This document shows, one piece after another, positions 14,894-15,973 of a stretch of DNA of 15,973 nt. The translations under genes were made by a program, and so were the position numbers. The stretch lies in assembly GCA_035280785.1 (NCBI GenBank), contig DATEFF010000098.1:1-15973 (forward strand), in the 5' to 3' direction. This DNA is from Candidatus Saccharimonadales bacterium. GTDB lineage: Bacteria > Patescibacteriota > Saccharimonadia > Saccharimonadales > EFPC-124. Position 1 is the first letter of the stretch, and every line of letters starts with the position of its first letter. The notes under the pieces are model-generated. The model worked only from the letters and a program-made list of their open reading frames with translations. It was not told the origin of the DNA and did no database searches.

Positions 14894-14917
14894 CCATGAC
14901 GTAAAGGGATATTCGCC
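14894..14917 (-). repeat. Right terminal inverted repeat (reverse complement GGCGAATATCCCTTTACGTCATGG)
   Basis: Matches 10362-10385 at 21/24 positions in inverted orientation. Confidence 0.8.
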
Positions 14918-14925
14918 CTTATGTT
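14918..14925. repeat. Target-site duplication CTTATGTT (right copy)
   Basis: Identical to 10354-10361 and directly abuts the right inverted repeat. Confidence 0.8.
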
Positions 14926-14929
14926 AATA

Positions 14930-14958
14930 TTGACTTTCTGAGACAATAATGGTAATAT
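14930..14958 (+). promoter_or_regulatory. Sigma70-like promoter TTGACT - 17 nt - TAATAT
   Basis: The -35 lies at 14930-14935 and the -10 at 14953-14958. It is followed by a roughly 45-nt leader with GAGGGAG (14994-15000) 8 nt before the ATG at 15009. Confidence 0.55.
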
Positions 14959-15008
14959 ACTTTGTACGCCCATTTCTTGACCGTTTACTTCCCGAGGGAG
15001 CACCTGAC

Positions 15009-15359
15009 ATGACTACGACGCTTGACATCACCGCCCTGTACGGCGGGACCCTGCCCAACGGCCGGTTCCAGACCAACGCTCGCGAGCGGATGACCAAGGC
15101 CGCCTACGACGAGGCACGGGCCGGCCGGCTCCAGACCGTCATCTGGTCCATCGTCGCGGTGGTCCACATCATGATCGTCATCTTCGGCCTGGGCATCCCG
15201 GGCTTCATCGACGAGCTGGTCGCCAACCCGGCCTACGCCTTCGGTCTGGCCATCTGGATCGTCGGCGACATCACCTTCCTGATGTTCGCACCGACGCTGT
15301 ACCACGACTACCAGGCCACCATGGACAAGCTGGAGGGCAAGACCCCCCAGAGGCGCTAA
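15009..15359 (+). CDS. Hypothetical 116-aa membrane protein (2 predicted TM helices) encoded in GC-rich DNA
   Basis: The third codon position is 18/20 G/C and the second is 10/20 in 15061-15120. TM segments are VIWSIVAVVHIMIVIFGLGIPGF and YAFGLAIWIVGDITFLMFAP. The start is set at 15009 (SD present, GC shift begins here) rather than the track ATG at 14949, which lies inside the promoter. Confidence 0.75.
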   Translation: MTTTLDITALYGGTLPNGRFQTNARERMTKAAYDEARAGRLQTVIWSIVAVVHIMIVIFGLGIPGFIDELVANPAYAFGLAIWIVGDITFLMFAPTLYHDYQATMDKLEGKTPQRR

Positions 15360-15421
15360 CGCGCCGCGCACGTCAGTCAACAACCCACAGCAACCTCGGA
15401 GGCAAGCGCGCCAAACGGGCG

Positions 15422-15503
15422 AAGCCAGGATAGTAAGAGCGGTGGCGTCTTCGGACGCCCCACGGCACATCGACGTGCCCTCTCGCGACTCCTGGCTTTT
15501 CGC
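15422..15503 (+). terminator. Branched terminator-like structure (closing stem, two internal hairpins, then a U tract)
   Basis: The closing stem is AAGCCAGGA (15422-15430) / TCCTGGCTT (15490-15498), followed by TTCGCTTTC. Internal hairpins are GGCGTC-TTCG-GACGCC (15444-15459) and GGCAC-ATCGAC-GTGCC (15464-15479). Confidence 0.45.
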
Positions 15504-15521
15504 TTTCTGTGAAATTATATG

Positions 15522-15550
15522 TTTTAAGATAAGTTAACAAGTAGTATAAT
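15522..15550 (+). promoter_or_regulatory. Promoter-like TTTTAA - 17 nt - TATAAT
   Basis: A perfect -10 lies at 15545-15550, 6 nt before the ATG at 15557. The -35 is weak. Confidence 0.4.
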
Positions 15551-15556
15551 ATTCGA

Positions 15557-15973
15557 ATGCTCATGGCAACCCGGCCGGAGCAAAACACCATCGAGGTGGT
15601 ACGTATGGCGATTGTCATCGCTGCCCTGGCGGGAGTTCTGGCCGCGCTACTGGCCACGAAGGGCAAGAAGGGTCTCGCGATCGTTCTGTCCATCATCTCC
15701 GCCGTGTCACTGTTCATCGCTTTCCCGGACATCCTCCAGCCCGACTTCGTCAACCTGGGGCAGTACGGGAACATCATCGCGGGGCTCATCGGCGTCATCC
15801 TGGCGCTGTCGGCCGTGGCGGCCAAGAAGATGCCTACGGCGTTCCTGCTCGTCGGCATCCTCATCGCCATGTGGGCGCTCTGCCGCCTGGTCCCCACCGT
15901 CCCGCCCGCCTTCGCGCACCTGGCGCCGGAGCTGGGCAAGGGCGGCGAGATCATCTGGGACGCCAGCGTGGCG
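15557..15973 (+). CDS. Hypothetical multi-pass membrane protein (at least 4 TM helices) encoded in GC-rich DNA, 3'-truncated by the window edge
   Basis: My own translation gives MLMATRPEQNTIEVVRMAIVIAALAGVLAALLATKGKKGLAIVLSIISAVSLFIAF...IIAGLIGVILALSAVAAKK...AFLLVGILIAMWALCRLV.... Third codon positions are almost all G/C. It is not in the ORF track because it has no stop inside the window. An alternative start is the ATG at 15605, with GAGGTGG 5 nt upstream. Confidence 0.7.
   Translation, partial: MLMATRPEQNTIEVVRMAIVIAALAGVLAALLATKGKKGLAIVLSIISAVSLFIAFPDILQPDFVNLGQYGNIIAGLIGVILALSAVAAKKMPTAFLLVGILIAMWALCRLVPTVPPAFAHLAPELGKGGEIIWDASVA

Larger units (their letters stand above)
10362..14917 (+). 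mobile_element. IS1595-family transposon (4,556 bp) carrying passenger genes
   Basis: It has 24-bp terminal inverted repeats (21/24 identical) and an 8-bp direct repeat immediately outside both ends. The IS1595-type DDE transposase starts 25 nt inside the left end. No matching right end follows the transposase stop. Confidence 0.8.

Noticed and set aside
14985-15470. 161-aa minus-strand ORF antisense to the 15009-15359 gene
   Set aside because: Codon-position GC (third 18/20, second 10/20) fits the plus frame. The antisense product is low-complexity (G/D/V/R/L-rich) and crosses the downstream structured intergenic region.
15373-15954. 193-aa minus-strand ORF (and the 70-aa ORF at 15707-15919) covering the last GC-rich patch
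   Set aside because: These are shadow ORFs of the plus-strand membrane-protein gene. The plus frame has G/C at nearly every third position and gives clean TM helices. The minus product is R/A/M/T-rich and runs through the AT-rich promoter region and the upstream branched terminator-like structure.
1-15973. CRISPR arrays, tRNA/rRNA genes, integron attC sites, retron or DGR components
   Set aside because: I saw no regularly spaced direct repeats, no tRNA T-arm (GGTTCGAATCC-like) signatures and no reverse transcriptase or integrase ORF. The GC hairpins after the GC-rich ORFs lack the attC R/L core sequences.

Overview
The backbone is about 50% GC and looks like an ordinary bacterial chromosome. 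My unverified guess from gene content is a CPR/Saccharibacteria-like or other small-genome lineage. On the minus strand it carries a 3'-truncated sbcB (exonuclease I), then a tightly packed housekeeping run: ftsA-like, a 559-aa membrane protein, ruvX, mltG, a LysM/CHAP peptidoglycan hydrolase and obg. Two things are unusual. (1) Five patches of about 70-75% GC interrupt the backbone: 1322-1923 (no coding signal, closed by a perfect 14-bp inverted repeat), 2022-2460, 9950-10290, 15009-15500 and 15557-15973. The last four encode small proteins I cannot place, with G/C-saturated third codon positions. Two of them end in U-tract-less GC hairpins, yet all sit behind AT-rich sigma70-type promoters. 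(2) A 4,556-bp IS1595-family transposon (10362-14917) has 24-bp terminal inverted repeats and an 8-bp target-site duplication (CTTATGTT). It carries passenger genes: a replication-relaxation protein and an ArsR / SRPBCC / MFS-efflux operon. It inserted into the divergent promoter region between two of the GC-rich genes. I found no tRNA, rRNA or CRISPR array. All function calls come from reading the translated ORFs and motifs by eye; no database search was possible.
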